DNA from: Laetmonice hystrix
Lineage: Eukaryota
DNA length: 64,000 nucleotides
Assembly: GCA_965235115.1 (NCBI GenBank)
Contig: OZ249445.1
Span: forward strand, 10,044,001-10,108,000
Direction of reading: 5' to 3'
Part shown: piece after piece, positions 11,901-25,400 of the stretch
Numbering within the stretch: the first letter of the stretch is position 1
Layout: each line of letters opens with the position of its first letter
Program-made: the position numbers and the translations under genes
The notes under the pieces: model-generated
Databases searched by the model: none
What the model was told of the DNA's origin: nothing
The model's input: the letters and a program-made list of their open reading frames with translations, nothing else

Positions 11901-14900
11901 AGGATGTCCAATGGAAGATACTCTACACGCAGACAACTTGTGCTGACAGACCAACGGTGTACCAGATGCCACCTTTATCTTTTATAGATTCCGTGTGCGG
12001 TGGTGGATGTGGTGGTGGTACATGTGGTGGTGGTGGTGGTGGGGGGGGGGGGGGGTATTCTCCTACAAGCTGTACTTCAGCAGTAACGTGCTCATAAATG
12101 TACACATCACTACAGTGGCTCCCCCTCGGGGCATACCTACTAATGGGAGCAGCCCCCGGGGTACAATCAGTATAATCACAACTGTCACATGTGAACTTTG
12201 ACCTTCCGGGACCCACCACTCCTGACCTTTTAGAAGCTCACCGTGACGCACGGGGGGGGGGGGGGGGGGGTCAACTTTAAGCTTCAGGAGGATGATCAGA
12301 GTTTAGATGGTCCAAGAGTTTTTTTTCTATATCTCATCAGTAATCAGCATGCTTCAATATTACCGTTCAAGTGAGCATGACATCAGCTCTTACATCGTCA
12401 TAACTGTCACACGAACTGGACAGGAAAGACCTGAGTCAGACACCTTGAGCTAACGCTTTATTCCCACTGACTGAATGAGCTGAGCCCCATTTATTTTCAA
12501 AGTTCTAAACTGATCATGATCACGATCTGTTAAGGTGATAGATCACGAATGACAACATGTGGTCGTTGACAGGAACCTTGTTAGGTGGTCAGGAAGTGCA
12601 CATAACGTCACACAAACCGGGCCACTGATCAATAGGGCCGCGTCTGCAGGGGACGCTAACCATCCAACCACCAGCTTATTCTGTCAACTCAGCACGGGAA
12701 GGGATCCTTATCAATCCAAACATCCTCCTCTCTGCTCCACTTCAAATCATTCTTATCTCTTACCTGGCTCACTTCTGACCTGTGTACTGATCCACTCCCA
12801 AACATCTTAAACAGCATAAAAATGTTTCTTTTTTTTTCAAAGTCCTGTAAGAGAAATGCATTACAAGGCCGTTTGAACCTAACATAATTATACGTGACAT
12901 ATGGTTTCAGTAAGGCATGGCAGCAAAATATTACTGGTCAGCATCAACTGATGTCGTTTCCCTCGTAAACATCAGTTTTCTTTACTCCTGCCAAGCTACG
13001 CTTCCACTAATAATGACTTAACCTTGATGGCCGGTCAGACTGGGCCTGTCATCTATACATGCCACCTGGTGTTAATAATTGGTACTTCCATCCAGTCCAT
13101 CAGACCTTCCCAAACATGGCGCGGGTGAGGTGGACATCAAACCATCGACTGTTACGACCCGTTACATAGATATTCAATATGTTCCGCTTCGCTCAGTTCT
13201 GAAGGCACTGTATAATTGTCACGTACACTGAGGAGCATGAACTCATGAACCTGAATTATAGATTTGTGCAGTACAAAGCTGATGATATAATAGATGTTGG
13301 CATGCCTCACTCGCCCTCGACAGGGCAAACAGGTGTGACTAGTCTATATGCACCTGAAACTTCCACATCGTACTTCACATTTCGATCATGGGTTTACCAT
13401 GGTTTACCATGACAGCCTCTTTATTAATTCACTTTTACTCTTAACCTTCTGATTCCAGCGGTTCGCCAGCTATTTCGTACAGCTGACTAAAGATCATTTT
13501 CACCTTTTGCAAGATTGCTTTAAAACAACACTGCGAAAAATGGACCTGGAAAAAGTTCTAATGATCCTAAAATACTTGCGTTTCCATAACACAGAGTCTT
13601 TTGGGTCGAATGATATATCCTTCTGAATAAAGAATTGATATTTCATGCAGGTGTATTATGCCATTCAATAATGCCCTGAACATTTACAGCAGTTCCTATC
13701 AATAACTCATTCTGCCTTGGGAATAACGGAAGGCATTCTTTATACTGACCAGATTCCGAGGATGAACATGTTGTAAATTGACGAATGGCCTGCCGAGGAT
13801 GAAATCTAACACAGAGACTGCCTCAAGGTCAATTCCTGTGGTCAGTGGGCTGCAGAGCTTACAACGTAATAAGTGGAGCGAGCGAGTCGGCTGCTAGCCG
13901 AGCTGGTGGAGGCCGGTGGGAGTGTGTGTCCGGGTGGATAGCTCAGTTCTACAGGGTCTTCACCCGACAACGGGTCAGCCCGGTGAGGCCCCGCTGACAG
14001 CAATACGGGCAGATCACCGACTCGGCCAGTTCTGATCCCCTGAGCCCCCACCCGGCCGGGGAATATCATATGTACAGGTACGGCTGCTGTGGATACCGTT
14101 GTGGGCACTGACTGGGGAGGGGGAGGGAAGGGGAGGGTGAGAGGGGGATTGGGGGGTAGGGGGCTCACCGGGGGGGGGCCTGGATCAGGCCACAACTGAT
14201 ACAGGTGGGCACCTCGCTCGCTCCCAGCAAGAGGCCGCTGTGGTTCCACCACGGCTTGGCGGCTCCCGTATCCACTGGGCAGGATCGCCTCACTGGCCGC
14301 AGGGAGAGGCGTACGGTGGTTTGTATGTTTGTCTACAGCTATCTTTACCTGCCGCTGATTAAAGACGCACCCACCCTTGCCTCGCCTACCCCCAGTCCTG
14401 CGGCTTCCCTCCACAGACTTGCTGACTGGCAACAGGCCCCACCAGCCCTTACAGAACTGGATCAGTTGAGTCCCTGCAGCTGTTAACCTTTGACTTTCAC
14501 CCTGATCAATTGGAGCAGGGCAGGGGAAGCTGGTGGGTGGAGGTCATGGACAGATTAATCAACAAGCTAGAATCAACAGACTGCGCAAACAACAACAACG
14601 TGCACTGCTAGGAAATGGGCCCTTTTCAAATAATATGTACATGTACACACATTCACTAATCAATAATTATCAGCTTTTTTATTCCTAAAACCTAGTTCAA
14701 CATAACTGCCGTTTTCACACTAAACAACTGATGGACTGAGAATGTTGATGGATACCAACTCTAAATCTACTGAATAATTAATATCAGCATCTTTTCAAAA
14801 GGTAGCCTGATCTATAGCCGGGCCTCCTGGGTATGTGGGTGGTGTGGATGGGGGATAGCCGATGTACAACATCAGCACCCAGTCTGTCTGAGTCTGCCTC

Positions 14901-17900
14901 CTTCATCAGCAGCTGTCTGTGTGGGAGGTCAGGTGGGACGGCGGTATTAAACAGTTTGTTGTGTTTGTTCTCCGAATACCGAATGGACCCATGGGCTGGC
15001 CCATGCGTAGGTGGGTCACACTGCGCCTATCCTCGAGAGTCCCAAACTCACTAAGTCAATTCTGGCACCAATTTTAGTCCACATCAATACACAATAGTTT
15101 GGTAAAGTACTGTGGGTGTTCACAGTCTGCAGTGCGGACGATCTGTCATTATAAGGGGAAAATTCCAATTTACAACAAATGAAATGAAAGGGGCTGCCCT
15201 GCCCTGCCTGGTCCTTTCTATATATGTTGTTTGATCAATATGTGGCCCACCAAGCCATCAAAGCTTACAATGAGTTATCAGCTCTATGTACCGGCGTATA
15301 GCAACTTTCCAATATATTGCTCTTTTGCCTTGGGAGTTGAGCACCACGCTGGAAGTATACCCGGCATAGTGCATTATTACAAGCGATCATTAGTGGAATC
15401 TGTCTTCCGCCACATACAAGGAAGCAGAACAACACCTGTTACCATGGCAATCTCCCAGGAGGAACAACTGATGCAGTCAAGTGACGTTTGACCTGGCGGC
15501 CGGCGGCCGGGGACATGCACAGGCAGCTGACACGAGGTGATCCAGGCCCACTCTTACCGCCATTGTCACTGACCGACAACTGCAGCTCTCCGAGCGCCAC
15601 CTGGTGCCAGCTGTCCAATCCGTGCTCCCCGACCCGGGCGCAACCATGCATTTATCTAGGTTATCATTTAAATGGTCACACGAGCTCGAGGCTGGAATTC
15701 CATATTCAATTGTCACACATACAACGTTTGCCCTATCACTCATGTATGATTTTCAATATCAACCGACCCCATTCTTAATTATTTTTATTTTTTAATTTCA
15801 TACAACTACCGTATTACTGGATTCAGGAACGGTATTTGAAGTTTTAAAAGTGTTTGCACCACACCACGTAAATCAACCACCATAAAGCCGTAATTTGAAA
15901 ATAAAACACCCTGAAAGATACGCCCCAAGTTTATTCTTGCCTTTAGTACACTCAGTGACACAGCCAGAAATAGCGTGAAAGGGGGATTACTTGACACCAT
16001 GAGACGCGATATGCAATGACCAGAATGATTTTGACGTAAAGAACTTATTATCTCGTCAGAATCATGGAGATCATTTCTGCGAGAGGGCGGGGCATGAGGC
16101 TTCTATTATTACCTTTTTTTACACTATACTTGCGCCTCCAATGTCACACAACCACCGGCGCTTATCTCAAGGTCAGTCTACTGTCTGTGTGTGCGCGCCA
16201 CTTAAATAGATATCGTCTAGCCATGTGAAAACATTCAGCAAGTATACAGGAAGCTAACTATCAGCTTTATCTTAAGGAGACCAGGTCACTGGACGTACCT
16301 ATCCACCCATACTTTAAAAAAACAGATCTTTATCATTTGCATTGTTTTCCTTTTAAAATCTTGAAGGAAGTATGCTTAGATAACAAACACGTGTCGCAGT
16401 ACAAAACCAAGTACACAATGTAACATGATGGGAAGTCGGGTAGATCACCTGGGCCCAGTACTAACGGTAGTTTCCAAGGTGACCTCCCCCAGCCAGCTCT
16501 ACAACCGACTGACTGCCTCCCCACTAATTACCATCACCAGCTCGTTAGTCTTTAATGAATAATCAGGCACTGATTAGTCTATGTTGCTATTGCTTTAGTC
16601 GATATAGAAGTAAATGCGAAGAGGGACATCCGATGGTATTTTCTTTCCCACTGCAAAACTTTCCTGCCGCCAGTAGATATATACATTTGTATACATAATA
16701 TGTACACTCGCATTAAACACACATGTTGAACAATTTTAAGTACGAGGACGGGCGAAAACGGCTGAGATTGTATGGGTGTTCTTCAGCTTACAGTGGTACG
16801 ATATTTATTCAACGTGTCGGGGTTGTAAAGCAGTCACTGGGGCTGTGTCAATGTCTGCATTGTCGATTTCGTTTCGCTCATAAATTCGAGTCAGGTGCAC
16901 GCTAAGTACGTCTATACATGGACTTGTGTCCCTGATGTGAAGTGTGGGTAGATTATATATGTATGTAGGTGGTTTATAATGCAACAAAGTTTGAGTGCCT
17001 GAGTCTAGTGGAATGTTTGCGTATGTCGGCTTTCTGTAGCCCGACGCCGAGATTACTGAATTCTCCAGTCGGGCTAGCAGTGCTGGCAGTGTCCACCAAG
17101 AACTTGTGACCATGCATGGGTTACTAGTAGTACTATATAAATTTCTAGTTTGGTTTGCTGAAGCCTGGGCCAGGAGACAGAGATTTTGGGCTAGTGCAGC
17201 CATGGGTTTTCGATCGCCACTCAGTCTCTGTTTGCGAACGTCGAGCCCTTCAGCCGACCGGTGGATGCAGCTATTACCCTAATTAAATCTTCACCACTCA
17301 CTCTGACCACGCGAGCACAACTCAATAATATCACTATCACTACCACCCCGCCCCAGCCCCACTTTATCATTACCCCTCCTGGCACACACAAAGTCTCGTC
17401 AATACCAACCACAGGGTAAATCCACTCATCCTACCCTTAATATTGTTAACCCTGGCATGCTTTCAAGGGACTGACCCTAAGGATCACAGACGCCACAAAT
17501 TCTGCATGTTCTTTCATGGACAAAATATGGTCGGTGTCCGGTTTAATAGCATGGCTTGGACACATCATGGGATGAATATCACCATGCCACCAACCCCTAT
17601 AAACCTTCCCCCCCCCCCCTCCTCCTCCTCCTCCCCCTCGCTCACGTCTATCTCATGGGGACCATGCCTGCTATGATGTGCGCCCAACTTTTGCCGATAT
17701 GATCTCAGCGACGTATCATGACATGATGAGTTGTGGATCCAGTCCATAGTAAATACATCTGATCTAGATCAGAACATAGATCAAACTATAACATAATCCC
17801 TTCTTCCTGCCAGTGACGGTAAACAATTCCAGGAAATATTTTATTGGACAACGATTGCATTTCATATTTAGTTTGGTACATCTCTTCTTATAAATGCTAC

Positions 17901-20900
17901 CATTAAATGAATGTGTCCAATGCTTCACCTAAGCTTATAATTTAGATAATGATAAATTAAAAAAGGGGCGGCCCTGCTATTGACAGGAACCTTCCCGCTG
18001 CACGCCCTACCGGCCAGGAGGGGACAGCCTTCCAGTCGGACATACACCTTGGATTAACACGTCAAGGTTGGCCTACAGCTCCTAAACTAACAAAACTCGA
18101 CACTGATCGCGTCTCTTCTTACTAAGTTGGAGTTTTCCCACCAGGCGGCACTGCACACGCAATCCAGACACGTCCCTCGAATGAGCACTCGGCTGTTCTC
18201 GAAACAACAACCCGACTGACAGCTCGCATATCGTCCACGCTAATCAGCCATCATGTAGACAAAGCACGCTATCTTTCTCGAATAACCAATAAATCAGTGA
18301 AAACCTACAAATTACAATGTTTTTCCTCCAATAAGAAATTACAGAACCACATTCTGTAACCCTCTAGTTAAATAACCGATCATAGATTCACAACCTAAAA
18401 TTTCTTCCCATAATTTACCAATCACAGGGTCCAAACCATCCATGATCCTACTCGAATCACCAATCACCGACTCAGGGACCCAAGATTTGAGCACTTTCTC
18501 CCATATCCTTGACTTGGTTGCCTTACCCTCAAACACTGCTCTTTGAGCTGTGACCTGATCTGTATCATTCAGGACCCCCCCCCCCCCCCCCCTCCTCCTT
18601 ACAACAAGCACTTTGATGGTCAGTATTGGCTGTTCACATTGGCATGGCAACCTTTCTGGTCCCCTTTTAGAGGTGTACCATGAATGTTCTCTCAGCGAAT
18701 GTTTCAACAGGCAATCTTCAGCCATCAGATGCTGATCGATCACGTGACCTGCCTATTTTCCCATGGTGATGGATCATGTGACCTGCGTTTTTCACCACTC
18801 CACAAGGTGACCAGAGCAACTGCGCCATCAACGTCTGGCATGGCACTGCCGGACCAAATGGACTACACATACATGGCAACGTGATTACATTCTATAAAAC
18901 TGGGTAACAATCACTACTTCTTTTGTAATGCTCAGCCCGGTACTTAGTTATTGGGCAAATGCAAGAGACATGGCAAAAATGATAATATCTTTAATATTGT
19001 CTACTATCCATTATAACCCTTACAATGTTTTAGTAGAGCTACTGCCCATAAAAATAGTAGCATGGGGTCTTAAAGGGGAAAGTATCAGTTATATCGTTAA
19101 GTAAAACTATGATGATTCGTTGCAGACTTAATAACAATCCAAACTTAACATGTTCATACTAACGACTTCTCACTCACTTTTTACGGTTGACCTTCATCAG
19201 ATCCTAACCTACAGCTTTGCACCTGATAATTTGCTATCACTTTTTCGTTCAAGTCATCGTTGAGGCCTCGTTATTCCCCTCAGGATACTTCTTATATCTG
19301 ACACTACTAGTGACAGCCTTTTATGGCTGACGTCGAGATCAGTCGGAGCTTCTCGACAACGTAACAACCCGTCGACCTCAGCGTGTCCAGGGTCCAGCTA
19401 CCACAAAGCTGGTGGTCACTGTGACCAGTCTGTGGTCAGTGCTGCCCCAATGATGGGGCCAGGGACAAGGTCAATGTCTGTTGGTGGACGGGCCTCTCAG
19501 TCAGACCACTCAGACTTCGTGCGCCTGTATACATATCTACACGATAAAGTTCCAAGTCCTTCCTCAGTCAAAGCATGCTACTTGTTCCCTCATTTCGGCG
19601 GAAGAAAAACTGCACTATGATTTACGATAATAATTCAGTTTCATTGAATGTTCAAATAGTTGTACTGACCTTCTAACTACATCCGGGCTTCCCCACACTC
19701 TGCTTGAAGAATCAAACCAATTCTTTAAGGCCATATTCTGCCGACGGCAGATTCTTTCGATCAACAGTACTAAAGAGACAGTTGCCGAAGAAGTCATTTG
19801 ATGACAATTGTCTAATTATCTTAGAAAAAAGTTTCCCACCAACTCAGGTCAACCACTTCTGACCAGCTTATCCGGAGTACTCGGCCACATTTAGCACTGA
19901 TGCCGACTTTTCAAAATGTCACTGCGAGTAGAAAAATGTCAGTCATTAACAAAACAAAAACTGCTTTATTAATGATAATTTTCCTGAGCGATCTTTGCTA
20001 TTAAATGGAAAATATTTACACATTAAAAAGTACTTTTCAACTTCCAGTCATGTGCAACTCCTTTCTTTGGCACTGGGCATTTTCTCAACTTATAGTGATA
20101 CAATAATCCAACTTCACTTAAAATAACTTCCTATTAAAGTTAACTCTTGAACTTTATTTTTAGTTCCCTTTTTAAGTTTATTAATGTGCTAATCATAGTT
20201 TGAGTTATTTTGTTTTAACCAGCTGTCCAAACACATTACCGGTTGGGTCATGTTCTCGACCTCTCTGCACGGACTTCAAAAGGCATGTTATCTTGAGGAG
20301 ATTCTTACAGTTATTTCACCCACACTTCACAGTACAAATGACGATCTTCCTGCAAATGTCACTTCCCCGCAGGGGTCATTCCCCTTATGATTTTTGTCCC
20401 ACTTCAGTCTCCTTGATTTCAGCTTCATTAGGAACTGCACTGTCATGACAATGAAGCCAATTTAAATGCAGTTCGATAAAATTCTCGCACATCAGAGTGT
20501 AATAATAAGTTACTCCCAACTGTTTAATATATTACTGATCACCGCACTCTTAGAGCTCTCTTTGATTAATATAACTAAATTAATATCATAATATGCTTCA
20601 TAGCAGTATCCATATTATTCCTTCACATGGGGCCTGTACCATATGAATATCATTATCTGTTATAATAATGCGCCAAAACTTATTTCGACCTTGACAGCAT
20701 CTCGCAGATTGCAAAGGTTTCACATGAAAAACTGAAAGATGATAATTATGAACCAGAAGATTACCCGGCCGTCATAGCTGCTTGTACGTACATAGGCTTG
20801 GCCCTAACACCCTGTAACAGCCACCCAGGCTGGCCATGGTACCTGCTCCTATCATGGAAAGAAATTACATAATTTCTTCTCACTTCTTTACCTTGTAGGC

Positions 20901-21991
20901 AGCCACTGCTTGATTAACAATCCAGGGAGGTGTCACTTTCATTTAGGAGAGATAAAGCTATCGTATTACTTCAGGCAAAGCAAACAGCCGACTTGGTTTA
21001 AATTATGCCTATGTCTTGGTGGAGGCGGTTATGGAATGATAAATGTGTACAATGGTGGCCTTGAAAACTTCACGTCTAGTTAAACTTCATAAAGTGAATT
21101 AACTCGAAGCAAGGACTAATTATTTCAATTATTCCCAAGGAATTCACTAAAAATGGTAAAAAAAAAATATTATTTTTTCAACCTGGCTCTGACATTAAGT
21201 TCTTTTTATAAAATTGCACCAAAATCAACTAAAATACTACACGTAATTAATATTCTGATTTGAGTTATTTTGGCCAATTTCTCCAGTGGCTGCTCTAAGT
21301 GCTACTGAGCCAGTTATGACTAGATTGGCTTAACAGAGACACTTGAAATAAACCACGCCACATTGGCAGACACCGAAAGATGGCGCAATTTGTTAGTGAT
21401 GGCTAAATCATCATGATCAAATTAAACCAGTGGAAAAATCGTGTTTCATTTTCACATGTTGGTTTGGTTTTTTTTTCATCTCAGAATTTCCTTATGACGG
21501 GTGTTTTGATTACGGACTAGTCAGCAACCTCTGCAAGTGTATAGTACCCTTCAGGATACATCCCCTATGGTAACTTAAACCCCACGAAATTTGGTTGCAA
21601 GCAAATATCTATATCACTATCCATACCCCTAACCTTATCCCTAACCCCTCCGGTCCCTTGACCTCTGAAAAACATATCACTACCCCTGACCTTAACCCGA
21701 ACCCTTACACAGAAATTTTGTGGAGAAGTTACCATGGGGATACAACCCCTTTCGGCGACACTCCTTATAATACTTCAACCAACGTTGCTTCAACTTATCA
21801 ACCCAAACAGCGGCTTCAGTGATAACACCCGTGTATGTTTTATTTGAGAAGTGATCACGTAATGACCTGCCTTCGCAAATTAAATGATTCACCCGAAATA
21901 TTATTCTTCAGGCTAGCAATACCACAGTCTGCAAATCCTTTACACGTTCTTGAAATACGAATATCTATCATATAAAATGCATTAAACTTAA

Positions 21992-22420
21992 AGGCAGGGT
22001 AAACACCCACGGCAAATAAGGTTTCATAGACCAAATGAAACACCAGCATTTAACTCAGGGCAATAAATGCCACAATTACGTTGTCAGAATGAACGTGTAA
22101 CCGCTCGAGGTATGACGCCGCTGGTTCTTACCTTGACCTTCTTGTGTGTTCATCAGAGCCGAATGCTGCACACCGCGGCGTATTGCGTAACATTACGTGT
22201 TACTCTGCTCACAGACCTTGACCGATGTTTGGAGTCCCAACGTTTGTAAACGTCCGAGGTGTTGAACACACAGGCAGAACCAGTTGCGTCACACATCGGG
22301 CAGTTACACGTTAATTACTTCATTCAGACAATGTAATTGTGTCATTTATTGCCCTGAGGTAAATGCTGGAGTTTCGTTTGGTCTACGAAACCTTATTTGC
22401 CGTGGGTGTTTACCCTGCCT
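21992..22420. mobile_element. Kolobok-type MITE (TTAA TSD, AG...CT termini, ~100-bp TIRs)
   Basis: TTAA at 21988-21991 and 22421-22424. TIR AGGCAGGGTAAACACCCACGGCAAATAAGGTTTC... is mirrored at both ends, which explains the twin ORFs LVYETLFAVGVYPAFK in the track. Purine-purine ends with TTAA are the known Kolobok signature. Confidence 0.85.
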
Positions 22421-25400
22421 TTAAGTGTGCTTATAAACATGATGTTCTGCATGCATTTACTGTCTGCTCATCCACACTATTTCCTACACAATCTAGTGAA
22501 ATTTACAATAACCAACGAGCAATAACAAAGCCCAAGGGAGGACAGTAAAATTGTCGGACTCCCGGAGAGTATTCAATGAAAGGACAGGCAGACTGGTAGA
22601 ACTCACCGAATGCTGACCAGATTTAGGTGACATATTAACGCCCTTTTGTATGCAACTTCTGGTTACATCATGTGGTGCCCAGATGATATTAATACCACTA
22701 TAGATTAGTGTCACGTACCGGTATGTCTGTACGCTGGAGGCCGCCATGGACCACTGCAGACCCACCCCCGGGGGCGGGGCCGACTACCCCCCATTCAGCC
22801 TTTCAGGCAGGGACCAATACTGCCCTCACTGCGTTTATCATTTCTTTGTGACCATTATACACCAGTGGGTGTTGATGATAGATGGTACGGGTTATTTTTT
22901 ATCGTTTTCCCAGAGTGAGACCATGTATAAATTTGTATGACAGAAATCACACGATCCAAGGCGCCATTGCCGACAACCAATCAATCCACATGTATACACG
23001 ATTGGACCCTGAGCTAAGTTACGTAAGAAAATCGTATCAAGGTCATGAAGCCGACAATGATGACATAAGGTCATATAAGTCTCAAGATAAAGGCATGCTG
23101 CAGTCCTGCATAATATTGTCATGGTCAGAAGTACCAGCATCATTTCCATATCTATCCCTCAATTAATCTCTTCTGTGCTACAGCCACACTAATTGGACAC
23201 TGACATAAACAACCTCAGTCTCCTAGCCCCAGTAAATACCCACTAATTGTAGTATATGTACAGCATACAAGCGCCTCTGCTCTCCCGACCGAACGCATTT
23301 TATCCTAACCAATCCTCAGCAATAGGTAGCGGTATATCCACTCAAGTGGACGGCTGCTGCCACTGGAATGTCAAGCCTCAACACAGTTCGATGATGAAAG
23401 GTGACCGTGAAGTGGACACTGGTCCATCACTGCCACTGGCACAGGTCTATGTGAACCTCAGGTCACGGCCCAGCCGCACTGCTGTCCACCCAATACCACC
23501 GGGACACAAACTGAGTACTGAACCTGATAATGATGACAATAATGTATGTTTTCTACTCCAGCACGTCTTCTGACAGTCTATAGATACAACAGTGTACAGC
23601 AACATACTAACTAGTACCAGATTTCATTTTCAGGATTCCGTTCCTTTATAATGTGTGGGCTGGTACAAGAGTACGCTTCGCAAATGTTGTTGGGGAAACA
23701 ATTCATTCACTTTAGAATTTGCACATCTGTTCATTTCTCAGTAATCCAATATATGAATTATTTATACTAGATCTACCCAAAATCTGCCAACTTCCAGTGT
23801 ACATGGCTCTCTGCCTACTTTATGCAGTACTTTATGCCGTACTACAATATCTCTCTAGTATTAATCCGGCATGTGTTATCTTGTTTTGGAGCCATTCAGT
23901 AGCAGCAAAACAGCCTGTCAAACAACACCATGAGAGGATTCCTCATTCCTCCACCTGGTGGAGGAATGAGGGTGACCTATTCTGTTATTTTGTTCAGGGA
24001 GGTTGTAGAGGGGGGGGGGGGGGGGGTTCGAGTTGCCGATCTGGCCGTAGACCTGGAGCAGGGCCGACCCGACCGACCCCGAGGTGAAGGATCCCAGGTG
24101 CGTTGCTGGCCATGGCCCTCACGTGACTCGACCAGAAGGCCATCTGCTCCCCAGCCATGCATCTGTGATCATCCATTTGGGCAGGTTCCAAGGATCCACA
24201 TTTATACTGGACACTTTCCCCCCTTTCCCACACACGTGTACATTTGAAGCCAATAGAAAGTCACCTTTTGCACCATAAAACTTCTGCCATCCAGGATCTG
24301 TGTACCAACCTTACCCAGTCTAACCTCTATGAACTGTTTCATACATGTCTGTTCGTGTACACAACCTCGGCGGCCTCATATCAAGTTCCATCGGACCGGA
24401 CCTGTCTGCGTACGATCATCATTCAAGTCAACTCTCAAGTCTTCCTTTTACTAGGCATGATTGCCTCAGCATACACACATCCACTGAATATTATCATATA
24501 CATAAGCTATCATATCTCATCAGACAACGTTATTTCACCAAAAATATGATCAATTTGGATCGGATGTACAGATGGCTGTAACAGACACCAATCAACACTG
24601 AATACGACTCAAGATTCTCAAATGGGGGGTTATTTAACAAAGATCTAACCAATCATCATGAGGTCTGACGCCAGACCTGGTAGCTCGTCAAAGGGCAAAC
24701 AGTGCATCATCTGTCAACCTGGTATCCCCGACCTCCGACCCGATTACAGTGTCTCCCTGATCCAGCAGCCACACCCGAGCGGTGGTGACAACCAATACCC
24801 CAGAACGTGAACGTCGACTCATCCATAACGGTTTACATACCTGCCCATGGTCAGCGCCCGGGATCCTGACACAAGGCCGCGTGAAGGCTGAGATGAGGCT
24901 GGGTGTGCCGGTCAAGCCTCACCCCGGATCGTGCCGGTGGGGTTTATATCACCAGGTGTGGCTGTGACCTGGGGGAAGTTACCCGCTCACCCAACCGCCG
25001 CCCAGTTTACTACCTGCGTGAGCCCTGGACCTGCCCTGATGTCTATTGATGTGCAGGGCGATAACTTAGTCAGCCGGTTACTAAGATGAAGGGATCTTTA
25101 CCAGGTCCTCCACAACACATACAAAGGGCGGGGCCTTGGCAGCCACCAAGGTAGTCATGGATTATACATGCATTCCTTATTAATAGGCTCCCCAGACTAA
25201 TACTCATGCATATTGCACACTGTCAACAGTTCCTCAAAGTATCTTTTTCTTGAGGGGGGAGGGTGCCGATACTTGCAATTCGTTAACTGATTCAGGAGCA
25301 TGGAATTTCCTATTTTAGACCAGAACCGCGATATGGTAAGGACTCACTAAGATAACACCTGCTAACCTTGATCCAGGCTCATAAAATGGGGACGGCATCC

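Noticed and set aside
13842-14432. 196-aa minus-strand ORF
   Set aside because: Low-complexity G/P/R composition driven by G/C tracts, with no domain; probably spurious.
16805-17203. 132-aa minus-strand ORF with a mildly hydrophobic start
   Set aside because: No recognisable motif and no splice context.
18339-18743. 134-aa minus-strand ORF
   Set aside because: Crosses a poly-G run; no domain or splice support.
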